Shown here one piece after another: positions 13,247 to 24,984 of a stretch of DNA of 64,000 nucleotides. The stretch's first letter is position 1. Each line of letters opens with the position of its first letter. The notes beneath the pieces were generated by a model. The model was not told the origin of the DNA. It saw only the letters and a program-made list of their open reading frames with translations, and searched no databases. The stretch is from Leucoraja erinacea (taxonomy: Eukaryota): NCBI RefSeq assembly GCF_028641065.1, contig NC_073393.1, forward strand, positions 16,244,001 through 16,308,000, read 5' to 3'. Made by a program: the position numbers and the translations under genes.

Positions 13247-13412
13247 TACACAAAAATGCTGGAGAAACTCAGCGGGTGCCGCAGCATCTATGGAGCGAAG
13301 GAAATAGGCAACGTTTCGGCCCGAAATAGATGCTGCTGCACCCGCTGAGTTTCTCCAGCATTTTTGTGTACCTTCGGTTTTCCAGCATCTGCAGTTCCTT
13401 CTTAAACACAAA
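13247..13412. mobile_element. Short Penelope-derived hairpin insertion with 14-bp flanking direct repeat
   Basis: 46-bp inverted arms at 13245-13290 and 13327-13372 (1 mismatch). tgatttatacacgg occurs at 13233-13246 and 13413-13426. Confidence 0.75.
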
Positions 13413-13740
13413 TGATTTATACACGGCTTTATATCTGGTAAAGTGCGTTGAATTCTTATGTTTTCCTCCAAGGAAGATATACTTGCCTACAAGTAATTTA
13501 GTGAATATTCATTGGCGCACTGGGAGGGCAGGTTTATGTTATGACGTGAAATTAAACAGACAGGGCCGGTAGTCTCCGGAGTGTAAAATAATTAAAACTG
13601 ATCTCATTGAAATCTGCAGTGTTCTCTGGAGGGTGTCCATGGTGGAATTGAGTTAATACGTCCCACGAGTTTGATGCAATGAAAGAGATAGCACAGTTCA
13701 AAATTATGCAGGCAGTCATTCAAACAGAAATAGGAAGAAT

Positions 13741-13746
13741 TTTATT
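13741..13746 (-). terminator. Candidate AATAAA polyadenylation signal for gene 1
   Basis: tttatt on the plus strand, about 270 nt downstream of the gene 1 stop. Confidence 0.3.
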
Positions 13747-14016
13747 TTCATCAGGAAAACACTGAATTCACGGGAGTTACCGCATCATGATGAGTCATTT
13801 AATGCATCTAAAACAGAGGGCGGACGAGTTTTAGGTCTTAGAGCAATCAATGGATTTATATTTCTGTCGAAACTTGGCGTTGAAACAAAAGTAACGGTAT
13901 TGATTGGCCAAACGATAGTAAACAAATGACCTGTTCCTGTTTCTATTTCTTATGTTTCTCGGTTGATCTGACATAGCAAGAAAGTGTCTTCTGTGACCAC
14001 AGTTCTGCTGCTAACT

Positions 14017-14175
14017 TCATCTTGCTGTTGAATAGACAACCTCTGCTGCTCCGCTGTGTTTGTTTATCTGTAGCTCGGCATACTCTGCCTTTTCTGTGCA
14101 TTTTCTCACATTCCTCTTGCCAGTGAATGCTAAGTTCGCATACGACAGCTCGTCACTTGAATTCTCCCGCACTCT
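14017..14175 (-). CDS. Gene 1 terminal exon with ITIMs (RVRENSSDELSYANLAFTGKRNVRKCTEKAEYAELQINKHSGAAEVVYSTAR*)
   Basis: cttacag| acceptor, 52 codons to TGA. Canonical ITIM LSYANL plus AEYAEL and VVYSTA. Confidence 0.88.
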   Translation of the reverse strand, partial: RVRENSSDELSYANLAFTGKRNVRKCTEKAEYAELQINKHSGAAEVVYSTAR

Positions 14176-17100
14176 CTGTAAGCAGTTTTTTTAAACACAG
14201 TTAATTCATTGTTTTACTAGCTTTTGATATTGCTTCTCAAGTCGCATGTGAAACCGTCAGCCTTCACGTGCTTTGATTGTTATCTATTTTGCTAATCAAA
14301 CAGCCTCACCTGACCATACGAGGTTTGCACACCATCCCGTTTTCGTTTTGGAATGCAATTGGGTTTGCTCAAATGCGGTGGCGGCGATATAACCGGTCGC
14401 AGCTTCTGCTCCCTGCATCATTCGGAAAGAAAAGTTCTTATTATGTGACTCGACGCTTTCATGTCCTTCTGTCGCATTGTAAATGTTTTTTTCCCAAAAT
14501 AAAGATGAGGTGCATTCACGTATGCATTTATGTACATAAAATCGCCAAAATAAAACAGTGGCCGCCGAGTTGATGTTCAAAGGGGTAAATTGGGGGTACT
14601 ATGAATCAATGACTTTACAAGAACTGTGGCTTCAAAAGCCAAAATGTCTTTTTTCAAATACAATCAATAAAGCAACGTAATGGCAGTGTTTTACCGGTGT
14701 ACGTTTTAAGAATAAGCCATTGAAATGGCCAAGTGTGTTCGCTATATATAAATAAACGGTTCGAATATGATTGTCCGATCGCTTATTTTATAGCATTGTT
14801 CTCTGTAAATGTCATGCTGCAATAAAAACATAAACATACCAGCTGCTCGTGACGATTTGGTTCACCAAAACTTTTCTCTTTACCTGGAAAAAATAGTATA
14901 AAAAAGGCAGAATCATTTACTGAATTTCAGACAGTAATTACAAATCTACGTATACTCAGAATGAAGCCAGAAGTATTACTACGCTGCAGTAGTTCATCTA
15001 ACTGCCTCGTGGATTCGGCATCCTTGGTTCAATTGTGACGTTAGCAGCTTCCATTATGGAATCTTTTGATCGCATATGTTTACGCCGTTGCTCCAGATTC
15101 TGCCACATTGCAGCGAACACTGGTTAGGTCAAATGAACAGTCTCTTAACTCACAGTAGGCGATTGGCAGGAATAAATGACGGACATAATAGGTTACAAGG
15201 AAATACGTGGGAATTTGAGACGATAGAAGAAAACACCCTTCGGCCCACCTGCATCTCCAAACGTTACCCCTCACACCTAAATCTATACCCTCTTGTATTT
15301 GATATTTTATTCCCGGGAAAATCGTTCTGACAGTCTACCCTACCCATGCCTCTCCTAATTTCTATATGTTTGTATTTTCTTTATCCTGCTCATGGATTCG
15401 GACGATTTTGTGAACGTTGGGTGCTTGTGTTACTTGTACACTACTTTGTGCTGCCTGTAAGAGACAATCTATATTTTGAAAGTTTATAGCAGACCACGAA
15501 TCTCTGTTACCTAGCCATTGGTGACCTCACAGTGTCCTTGATTGGCCTTTCCCCATTGTGCACTCTCAATGGACTGGCTATTCGGGTATTAGTTCCGATT
15601 AAAGGCATTGACTGAACTGAGATGTTGCTGAAACAGTCACTATCGTTGACCCCAACGATTAATATTACAGTTCATTGTTATCGCTAGAACTTACCCTTAT
15701 TTTTCTGCTTGCGGCACCGCAACCAAATAACGATAATTAGCACTGAAATAAACAATCCACCCACCGCACAACCAGAAGCCACGACCGAAGGTAGTTTGCC
15801 GGCAGAACCTGTAGGGTTTGTAGGAATACATGTTATGGTGGTTGCCAGGTATTCTTCCCGAACGAGGGCGTGTGGGGCGGTTGGGGGTAGGGTGATGCTC
15901 AATGCTCGTGGTGAAAGTGAGACAGGATTGGCAACTCTACAGGAAGCACCGCAAATACAGGACAGCGTAAGATAACAAACTGTATACGAAGGACGACTTA
16001 CAATGTAAGTAAATGATGTCGCGTAAATGACGCGCAAATGACGCCCAAGTAGGACAAGCCCTAAGTCTTACAATATATACCCTGAAGTAATTAAAATATC
16101 GGACAAATTTGTTATGCTGAATTGATTTTCGAAACGAGCTGTGGGTTTAGGGACCTAAACGCTGCTGTATTGCGCGCCATTGATAGGCTGTGCGACTACA
16201 ATATGAGGGGATGGGTGTGAATCCTCCTAATTGAAGACATTCCCCCTATTCTGTCAATTTACTAAATGATACCGTGTCCGTTGGCGACGGTATTGACGCC
16301 TCAATTGAAGCCTCTCTTCTTTTAGAATTCCGTACTTGAATTTGTCACGGTGGCAGTGGGAGTGGATGCCGCACCGAGGAATTTCGGGAGCAGGGGTGGT
16401 TGGATTTTAGCGAAGGTGATCACGGCGAAGCAAAGGATTCGGCATCAGGATAAAAACCGAGGAAGCGTGAGGGAAAACCTAAGCGCCTGAAATCAGTTGT
16501 GCCGCCAAGTGTGGAATCAACGGTGCATTGGGAAACATTTTTGAAAGCAACATGAAAGAAACATCAACACTACCCAATAGAGAGGCAACATGTTTAAATT
16601 TGTTTTTCTATTTTGGAGGGCAAATAAGACATTTTCATTGAAAACGAATGTACAACGAATTGATAACAGGTTTGTTGCATCCGGTCGTTTTATTTTAAAT
16701 GAAAAAGAACTGCAACTTTCAATTGAACTAAGATGAATTTTCCTCGCGGCCTGGAACAAATAGAAATAGTAGTATATTTTTACGAACTGAACAGGGGATG
16801 GATTTGGTGGCATTGTACCTTGGTTACATTCGGAACCAGCGATGACAGCCTGGGCTGGAGTATTGAGGGAGACATGAGTTATTAAACAGGTATATTTGTT
16901 ATCGCTCTGAAATGGCGGCCTCGCGATCAAAGAGCTGGAAACCATATACAACCCTTCGGCGTTCTTCTTTGTTTCGATCTTTATTTCCGATGTTGTTTCG
17001 TTCCCATTTTTATACCAATTAAGCGTGAAATTCTCAGGATAGAATGCGGCTGTTTCACACACATGAATACAACTCGCGGCTGGATTATTTTCACGAGTCT

Positions 17101-17733
17101 TGGTGAAAATTTTCAGTGGAGTTGGAAGCGCTGCAGAACAGAACATGAACAAAATTAAATCACATTACGCCGTTGAAGGGTTGCTATTATTAACCTCGAG
17201 TGGGTTGTAATAATGACGCATTGGAAAATGTATTTGATATTACTTAGACTACGCGCTCATGCCTGGTCCAAATGGCTCTTTCAGGTCGGTGTTTCACGAG
17301 TCTTGCCGATTCAGTGATAATGACGCTTCATTCAAATATTTATGTATTAATCTTCTTAGAGTTTGAATAAATAATCTAATACAACTCGACATATGTTACC
17401 ACGATGGGATTCTCTGAGTTATTTACTCAAAGATAACGATGAGTTTTCTGCGCATCATTAATGATCAAATGAGAAAGCGAGTCGGTTTTGCAGAAGAAGC
17501 AGAGCAGGGGCACAGAAAATGGTGAGGAAAATATGTTGTTTTACCAACACATTACATCCTGCGAACTATATCAACTCTTTCAGGCGTACCTTCATAGGCG
17601 AGGACATACAATATAAATGGTAAACCTTAACTTTACCAAAAGCGTAAATCAACATTTAGAGTATTCGCGGCAGTTCTGGATTCAACATTGGACGAATGTT
17701 GTGATTGTCCCGTCATGGCTGTGTGGAGGGGGT

Positions 17734-17768
<35 letters not shown>

Positions 17769-20700
17769 TAACCTCACATTTATCCGCATTAAACTTCATC
17801 TGCCATGCATCTGCCCACTCCCACAACCTGTCCAAGTCACACTGCATTCTCATAGCATCCTCCTCATAGTTCACACTGCCACCCAGCTTTGTATCATCTG
17901 CAAATTTGCTAATGTTACATTGAACCCCTTCATCCAAATCATTGATGTATATTGTAAATAGCTGCGGTCCCAGCACCAAGCCTTGCGGTACCCCACTAGT
18001 CACTGCCTGCCATTCTGAAAGGGACCCGTTAATCCCTACTCTTTGTTTCCTGTCTGCCAACCAGTTCTCTATCCATGTCAGCACTCTACCCCCAATACCA
18101 TGTGCCCTAATTTTGCCTACTAATCTCCAATGTGGGATCTTATCAAATGCTTTCTGAAAGTCCAGGTACACTACGTCCACTGGCTCTCCCTTGTCCATTT
18201 TCCTACTTACATCTTCAAAAAATTCCAGAAGATTAGTCAAGCATGATTTCCCCTTGTAAATCCGTGCTCACTCGGACTGATCCTGTTGCTGCTATCCAAA
18301 TGTGCGGCTATCTCATCTTTTATAATTGACTCCAGCATCTTCCCCACCACCGATGTCAGGCTAACTGGCCTATAATTCCCCGTTTTCTCTCTCCCGCCTA
18401 TCTTGAAAAGTGGGATAACATTTGCTAACCTCCAATCCACAGGAACTGATCCTGAGTCTATAGAACATTGTAAAATTATCACCAATGTGTCCACGATATC
18501 TAGAGCCACTTCCGTAAGTACCCTGGGATGCCGACCATCAGGCCCTGGGGATTCACAGACATTATAATAGGCAACTCGTAGTAGATAAGGACCTAACGCT
18601 GGTAAATTGAATTTGAGTAGATGGAGAAATAGGTCGGATGGACTTGGAGGACCGGAAGGCTGTTCCTGTGCTGTGCAACTCTGAGACTCCAAGTAGCAAT
18701 GTGTTCAGACCGTGTTTATGATAAGAAACGTTTCCAAGTGAATGTTCTTGAGACATATATTTCCTTGTCTTCTGCTATTGTAATGTGAATAGGTGGTAGG
18801 ATTTGTGTTTTACTCTGGTAATATTTCGACACTATTTTTGTGACGAAGGTTAATTCCCGGGCTGGCGGGACAGTCATACGTTGAAAGAATGGAGTGGCTG
18901 GGCTTGTATACACTGAAATTTAGAAGGATGGGAGTGGATCTTATTGAAACATAGAAGACTATTAAGGGATTGGACATGTTAGAGGGAGGACACCTGGCCA
19001 GATGTTGGGGGAGTCCAGTACCAGGGGCCACATTTTAAGAATAAGGCGTAGGCCATTTAGAACGGAGATGAGGAAAACCTTTTTCACCCAGAGTTGTGAA
19101 TCTGTGGAATTCTCTGCCTCAGAAGACAGTAGAGGCGGATTTTCTGGATGCTTTCAAGCGAGTTAGATGCAGCTATTAAAGATAGCGGAGTCAAGGGATA
19201 TGGGGAGATGGCAGGTTGTGTATGATCAGCCATGATCACAGCGAATGGCGGTGCTAGCTCGAAGGGCCGAATGGCCTACTCCTGCACCTATTGTCTACTG
19301 TCTACTGACATTGCTTTATCATAATTTCCCAATACAATAAAAGATGTTTACCTACCTCTTTAAAATCCAACATACGGTAACTAAAAACGTTAGCATTTAT
19401 TGAGAGAGGACTGGAATGTTAAAAAAAAAACAGGGATGTAATGCTGAGGCTTCATAAGGCAATGGTCAGGCCGCGTTGGCGTATTGTAAACAATTTTGGG
19501 CCCCCATATCTGAGGAGGGATTTTCTAGCGTTGAAAATAGTTCAGATGAGATTTACGAGAATTATCCAGGGGGCGATTGGGTTAACGTATATTGAGCGAT
19601 TGGCGGATCTGGGCCGATGCAATCTGTAGTTTAGAAGTATATGGAGGGGACCTTATTGAAACTTACCAAATGGTGTAAGGACCCGGATAGAGTGGATGTG
19701 GACAGGGTGTTTCCAGGACTGGGAGAGTATAAGACCAGTGGGCACAGTCTCATAACAAAAGGACATTCGTTTGGAAAGGAGACACTGAGGAATTTATTTA
19801 GTCAGAGGGTGATGAAACGATGGAACTAATTACCTCAGATGGCCGTGGCGGCCAAGACTTCTATATTTTTAAACTGAGATTGACGGGTTTTTTAGTTTTA
19901 TGTGAAAGGTTATGAGTCGAAGACAGGAAAATTAGGTTAAAAGGGAAATATTGTTCAGCCATGATTGAATGGCCCAGTAGCCTCGATGGGTCGAATGGTC
20001 TTAGTCTGGTCCTATGATTTATGAACATGAATTTATGAACTTTGTATATTACGTTCCATTGCGCTTCACGTCAGAATTATAAAATTTAGGGAGATTAATT
20101 AGGTGATGCCAGAGTGAATTGGCCAAGGCCATTTAAAATATATGATCTGAGTAACATTCTCCAACTAAAGAAGTAGAACATGAGCAGAGGTTCACTTTCA
20201 GTTAATGCTGACAACACTGGAGCGATTGCATCCTGCTTTGGGCAAAACTGTACAATTCAACCGACTGCAACTCAATGAACATTCAAGGAAATATGTTCTT
20301 GGACTTATTGGATTTCCATAGGTTAAAGATCCATGGTGAACTTTGAAGGAATTTAAAAAACTATTAATTTGATTTTATAAAATCGGACATCGCGTTTCCA
20401 ATTTTGGCGAGATGAGTGAAGTGGAACGGAATTTCATAAAGGAGGATAGGCATGCGGAGGTTCAACCCTCTTGTTCGCAGAATGTAGATAGAGCGGTAGA
20501 TCAGATATACTGAACATAACATACACAAAAAGGCATTAAAGGACATCTTCACAGTGATTCGGTTTGCAAACCATTATATTCCATGATAAAAAACAATTAT
20601 TTTTCGCTTACCATATACTATTAGACGTGATCCGGTTGAATTTCTTGGAGCCATTCCTTTACGAATCACCGAACACTGATACACTCCAGAATCTTGAATC

Positions 20701-20932
20701 TTTGCATTCTTCAACTCAAAGTACCCGCTTGCTCGATCACTCACGCCAAAACGTTTCCTGCCGTCGGTACTTGCAAGTTGGTATTCATTCTCGCCCTGTT
20801 TCCACCATTTGACTCTTACCCGAGATTGGTCTTGAGAAATGGGGAATATGCAGTAGAATTTGGTGTTCCCTCCTTTGTGTAAAATCACTTCTTTGGGCAT
20901 TTGCTGTACGTTGTACGAAATCTGTTCCCCAC
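14017..20932 (-). CDS. Gene 1: inhibitory VJ-C1 IgSF receptor (SIRP/NKp30/VJC1-like), 5 coding exons found, leader not found, ~316 aa without leader
   Basis: Five exons with GT-AG boundaries join in frame (intron phases 1,1,1,0) into V-set domain, C1-set domain, uncharged TM and ITIM tail. Confidence 0.88.
14840..14883 (-). CDS. Gene 1 cytoplasmic exon 1 (GKEKSFGEPNRHEQL)
   Basis: ttttttccag| ... |gtatgt. 44 nt, phase 1 to 0, bridging the TM and last exons in frame. Confidence 0.8.
15695..15808 (-). CDS. Gene 1 transmembrane exon (GSAGKLPSVVASGCAVGGLFISVLIIVIWLRCRKQKNK)
   Basis: ccctacag| ... G|gtaag. Uncharged hydrophobic span with GxxxG, followed by a basic stop-transfer sequence. Confidence 0.88.
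16819..17130 (-). CDS. Gene 1 C1-set Ig exon, 312 nt
   Basis: ttctgcag|CG...CAA G|gtacaa. C1 hallmarks C-x4-FYP, W, Y-x-V-SS-L and YTC-x-I-T-H. Confidence 0.92.
17767..18552 (-). mobile_element. CR1 RT fragment in the gene 1 V-C1 intron (paralogous copy at ~37816-38601)
   Basis: ORFs [13 protein letters not shown]..., [21 protein letters not shown]. Confidence 0.9.
18850..20040 (+). mobile_element. Two CR1 3'-end fragments
   Basis: TRGH-type C-terminal motif and 3' UTR gggccgaatggcctactcctgcacctattgtctac. A second, older copy spans ~19385-20040. Confidence 0.8.
20612..20932 (-). CDS. Gene 1 V(J) exon, 321 nt
   Basis: cctaacag|GT...TAT G|gtaag. FYC, KWW, DSGVYQC and a J-like G strand [10 protein letters not shown]. 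Confidence 0.92.
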
Positions 20933-21734
20933 CTGTTAGGAAACACAGTCAAGGAAAGGTGATTATGTTGATGACGGCAAACGGACGGTAGAATAAAAAG
21001 GACGACCTTACATGTAGCTGCATTAAGGTGTAAACGTGTCGGAAATCATTTTATAAGCTAAAGCAGATGGAACAACGAACAAAGTCGTGCCTATGCAAAT
21101 ATTCCCAACGACTGCCAGTAAGTGAAATATCATACTGGTTTCCATTCCGGCCACCAGCTACAACTAGTTTGTCGGCAGAAAGCAGCGTTGGCAAGTGTAA
21201 AGTGAGGGCGTGGTTTACAGCCGATGAAGGATGATTCATATCCTGTAACCGAAGGTTGCAATTATCATTAGACTGGTTGGATTTCTAAAATCAAATCGGC
21301 CGCGCGTAGCAAAGTAGTGGAAATTATAATTTAAATTTTATTCTTCTTAGTGCTTTTACTCCTACTCTCGATCTTAAATTTAATTCTCGATCATATAAGA
21401 CATATAAATGATGACATAGAAAATTGGCAAGATTTCAAGCAGACATGCCCCATTTATGTCCACAATTAGTTCATTAATACCATTTTTTTTGCACCGTTTG
21501 GACTATCATCGATATTCAAAATCAATTTGCCAATAGTAAGTAGGATTTTTTTCGCAGACTGCATAAAATAAATGCCTGATACGCTGGTTGTTGACTCGAG
21601 CGTGTGCTCCATCGATCAGCATCTGCTTATGTGTCAGTCCGTGATCACATGTGTTCCATGTCGTGATTCAGTGGGCGGTTGGGTAGAGGCACTGGGACCG
21701 AGCGTTGATCAAACCGGATTCTCGTTGCATCGTG

Positions 21735-22158
21735 TAGGAAAGAACTGCAGATGCTGGGATAATTCGAAGATAGGCACAAGATGCTGGAGTAACTCAACGG
21801 GACAGGCAGCATCTCTGGAGAGGAGGGATGGGTGACGTTTCGGGTCGAGACCCTGCTTCAGACCGATGTCAGGGGAATGGGCGGGACAGAGATAGAATGT
21901 AGTCGGAGACAGTAAGACTGGTGGGAGAACTGGAAAGGGGAGGAGATGGAGAGAGGGGGAAAGAAAGGGCTATTTGAGGTTATAGAAGTATGAGGTGCTG
22001 TTCCTCAAATTTGCGCTGGGCCTCACTCTGACAATGGAGGAGGCCCAGGACAGAAAGGTCAGATTGGGAATGGGAGGGGCCGTTAAAGTGCTGAGCAACT
22101 GGGAGATCGGGTAGGTTAAGGCGGACTAAGCGGAGGTGTTCAGCGAAAGGATAGCCGA
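21735..22158 (-). mobile_element. Penelope-like retroelement 3' fragment (GIY-YIG C-terminus plus terminal repeat)
   Basis: Minus-strand translation FAEHLRLVRLNLPDLPVAQHFNGPSHSQSDLSVLGLLHCQSEAQRKFEEQHL. A hammerhead-like core at 21834-21861 carries a CTGAAGC variant. Confidence 0.8.
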
Positions 22159-23152
22159 AAGACTCATTGCATCCTTCAAGTTCACACAGCTCAGACCATC
22201 ATTCCCAGCCGTTAGAACAGCTTCGCTCCTCTAACGACCGACCAACGTAATCATCTAACGGCGGATTGAACAACGAGAATAAATAGTTTATGCATGCAAA
22301 ACATCGTTTATGGAAACAGTACGGATTGGTGGTTGTGCTCGTATAACTATTAACTGATCCGTTTCTAATGCGCGGTATTCATGACTTAAGCATAACTTTG
22401 AAAACTGTAAGAGTGAATTCCTAACAGTATCAAGTGCATAAGCCTAACATTCGTTCTGCTGATTACATATTATCTAATATGAAAATGATGATCAAGCATT
22501 TCGTCTGCTCGGTGTGAAATATATATGTGTTCTTTGGTTGTTCCACTACCTGGCAATTTCAGTTTTATTGGATTAGGGGAATGATATGGCAATTTTCTTT
22601 CACATTAATCTGTAATTGAAACACATGTTAAACTACGATTTTTATTTATCTCTTGATAAAGGTTGAACGATGTATTTCTGTGTCGTGAAGAGTTTGCGCA
22701 AAACGGAGCCAGAATTAAAAGAAAATATCACTTTTACTAACTTCACGCATCTGGAATAATGTTTATCAATAAAATATTCGACTCCGCATTCTCCCTTTTT
22801 TATTTTTTTTATTCTGAAGTTGATGTGAAGGAATATAGTCAGCCATAAGTTTCACGTTAGTTTATTGACACGTGTACCGAGGTACAATGAAAAGCTTTTG
22901 TTGCTTGTTATCCAGTTAGCGGAAAGACAATACATGACTACAACTGACCATTTCGTGTAGAGACAAATGTTACGGGAACAACGTTTAGTGCAAGGTCCCA
23001 GCAAAGTCCGAATCAACGATAGTCCGATCGTCACCAGTGATATGATGCAAAACAGTATCAAAGGCCTTTCTGCAGCCTTGTCCTTAGTTTGGAGATACAG
23101 CGTTCTTTGGCCCACCGAGTCCGCGCCGACCTACGACCGCACGACCGCACAT

Positions 23153-24335
23153 TCAGAAGGCTTTCGACAAAGTCCCACATGAGAGATTAGTATACAAACT
23201 TAAAGAACACGGTATTGGGGGTTCAGTATTGATGTGGATAGAGAACTGGTTGGCAAACAGGAAGCAAAGAGTAGGAGTGAACGGGTCCTTTTCACAATGC
23301 CAGGCAGTGACTAGTGGGGTACCGCAAGGCTCAGTTCTGGGACCCCAGCTATTTACGATATACATTAATGATTTGGACGAGGGAATTGAATGCAACATCT
23401 CCAAGTTTGCGGATGACACGAAGCTGGGGGGCAGTGTTAGCTGTGAGGAGGATGCTGGGAGGCTGCAAGGTGATTTGGATAGGCTGGGTGAGTGGGCAAA
23501 TGTTTGGCAGATGCAGTATAATGTGGATAAATGTGAGGTTATCCACTTTGGTGGCAAAAACAGGAAAACAGACTATTATCTAAATGGTAGCCGATTAGGA
23601 AAAGGGGAGATGCAACGAGACCTGGGTGTCATGGTACACCAGTCATTGAAAGTAGGCATACAGGTGCAGCAGGCAGTGAAGAAAGCGAATGGTATGTTAG
23701 CTTTCATAGCAAAAGGATTTGAGTATAGGAGCAGGGAGGATCTACTGCAGTTGTACAGGGTCTCGGGGAGACCACACCTGGAGTATTGCGTACAGTTTTG
23801 GTCTCCAAATCTGAGGAAGGACATTATTGCCATAGACGGAGTGCAGAGAAGGTTCACCAGACTGATTCCTGGGATGTCAGGACTGTCTTATGAAGAAAGA
23901 CTGGATAGACTCGGTTTATACTCGCTAGAATTTAGGAGATTGAGAGGGAATCTTATAGAAACTTACAAAATTCTTAAGGGGTTGGACAGGCTAGGTGCAG
24001 GAAGATTGTTCCCGATGTTGGGGACGTCCAGGACAAGGGGTCACAGTTTAAGGATAAGGGGGAAATCCTTAAAGACCGAGATGAGAAAAACATTGTTCAC
24101 ACAGAGAGTGGTGAATCTCTGAAACTCTCTGCCACAGAGGGTAGTTGAGGCAAGTTCATTGGCTATATTTAAGAGGGAGATGTGGCCCCTGTGGCTAAAA
24201 TGATCAGGGGGTATGGAGAGAAGGCAGGAACAGGATACTGAGTTGGATGATCAGCCATGATCATATTGAATGGCGGTGCAGGCTCGTAGGGCCGAATGGC
24301 CTACTCCTGCACCTATTTTCTATGTATCTATGTAT
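23153..24335 (+). mobile_element. CR1 LINE, 5'-truncated, RT C-terminal half plus 3' tail
   Basis: 297-aa ORF with [10 protein letters not shown] and FADDTKL. Tail ttctatgtatctatgt. Confidence 0.95.
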
Positions 24336-24562
24336 TAACACTATCCTGCACGTACTGGTGACACTTTTTACATTTATTCCAAGCCAATTAACTTTCAAAC
24401 CTCTACGTATTTGTTGTGTGAGAGGAAACCGAAGATCTTGGAGAAAATACACGCAGGTCAATGTGAGAACGTACAAACTGCGTGAAGCACCCGCGGTCAG
24501 GATCGAACCCAGGTCTCTGGCGCTGGAAGGCAGTAGCTCTATCGCTGAACCACCTTGCCGCC
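24336..24562 (-). mobile_element. tRNA-derived SINE
   Basis: ggatcgaacccaggtctctggcgctg, a box B on the minus strand. Homologous to 4485-4705. Confidence 0.7.
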
Positions 24563-24984
24563 CATGTACTTGGTTATTTCTTCAGGAAACTCAATCAAAT
24601 TTGTGGGACACAATCTCACATGTACCTGACCATGCTGGTTATGTCTACTCAACCCCCCTTTATTGAAATATGTCGATATTATATCTCAGAATCCTCTCCA
24701 GCAACTTGTCTACCATAGATGTTACCTCACAAATTTCTTATTCCGTCTATTAATGTCACATGTGGGAACGAAATCATGGATGCTTTTGTCAGACGCGCAA
24801 ACGTCCTAGTGATCTCAAACAATTCAAAAAAATTGTAGAAACTGTTATCCCACTATTTTAAAACAGAATAAGAGTGTGAAAACGAGTATTTGCAAGGCAG
24901 TTGCATTTGGGAAAAGCTGGAATATAATACTGATGGATTGTAATACAGTAGTTTCAACGCCTAATCAGGATTATTTCACGGAAT

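Larger units (their letters stand above)
12580..13955 (+). mobile_element. Highly decayed CR1 3' half
   Basis: Residual CR1 RT and 3'UTR motifs in the expected order (cagagtcaacatg..., ...cctgttcctgtttctatttcttatgttt). Boundaries approximate. Confidence 0.5.

Noticed and set aside
15684-16037. ORF-track extensions of the TM, C1 and V ORFs beyond the exon limits
   Set aside because: These are intronic read-through. The splice sites and phases define shorter exons.
20550-20590. CACAGTG heptamer near the V exon as a recombination signal
   Set aside because: There is no nonamer at 12 or 23 spacing, it is not adjacent to a coding end, and V and the J-like strand are already in one exon. This is not a rearranging Ig/TCR locus.
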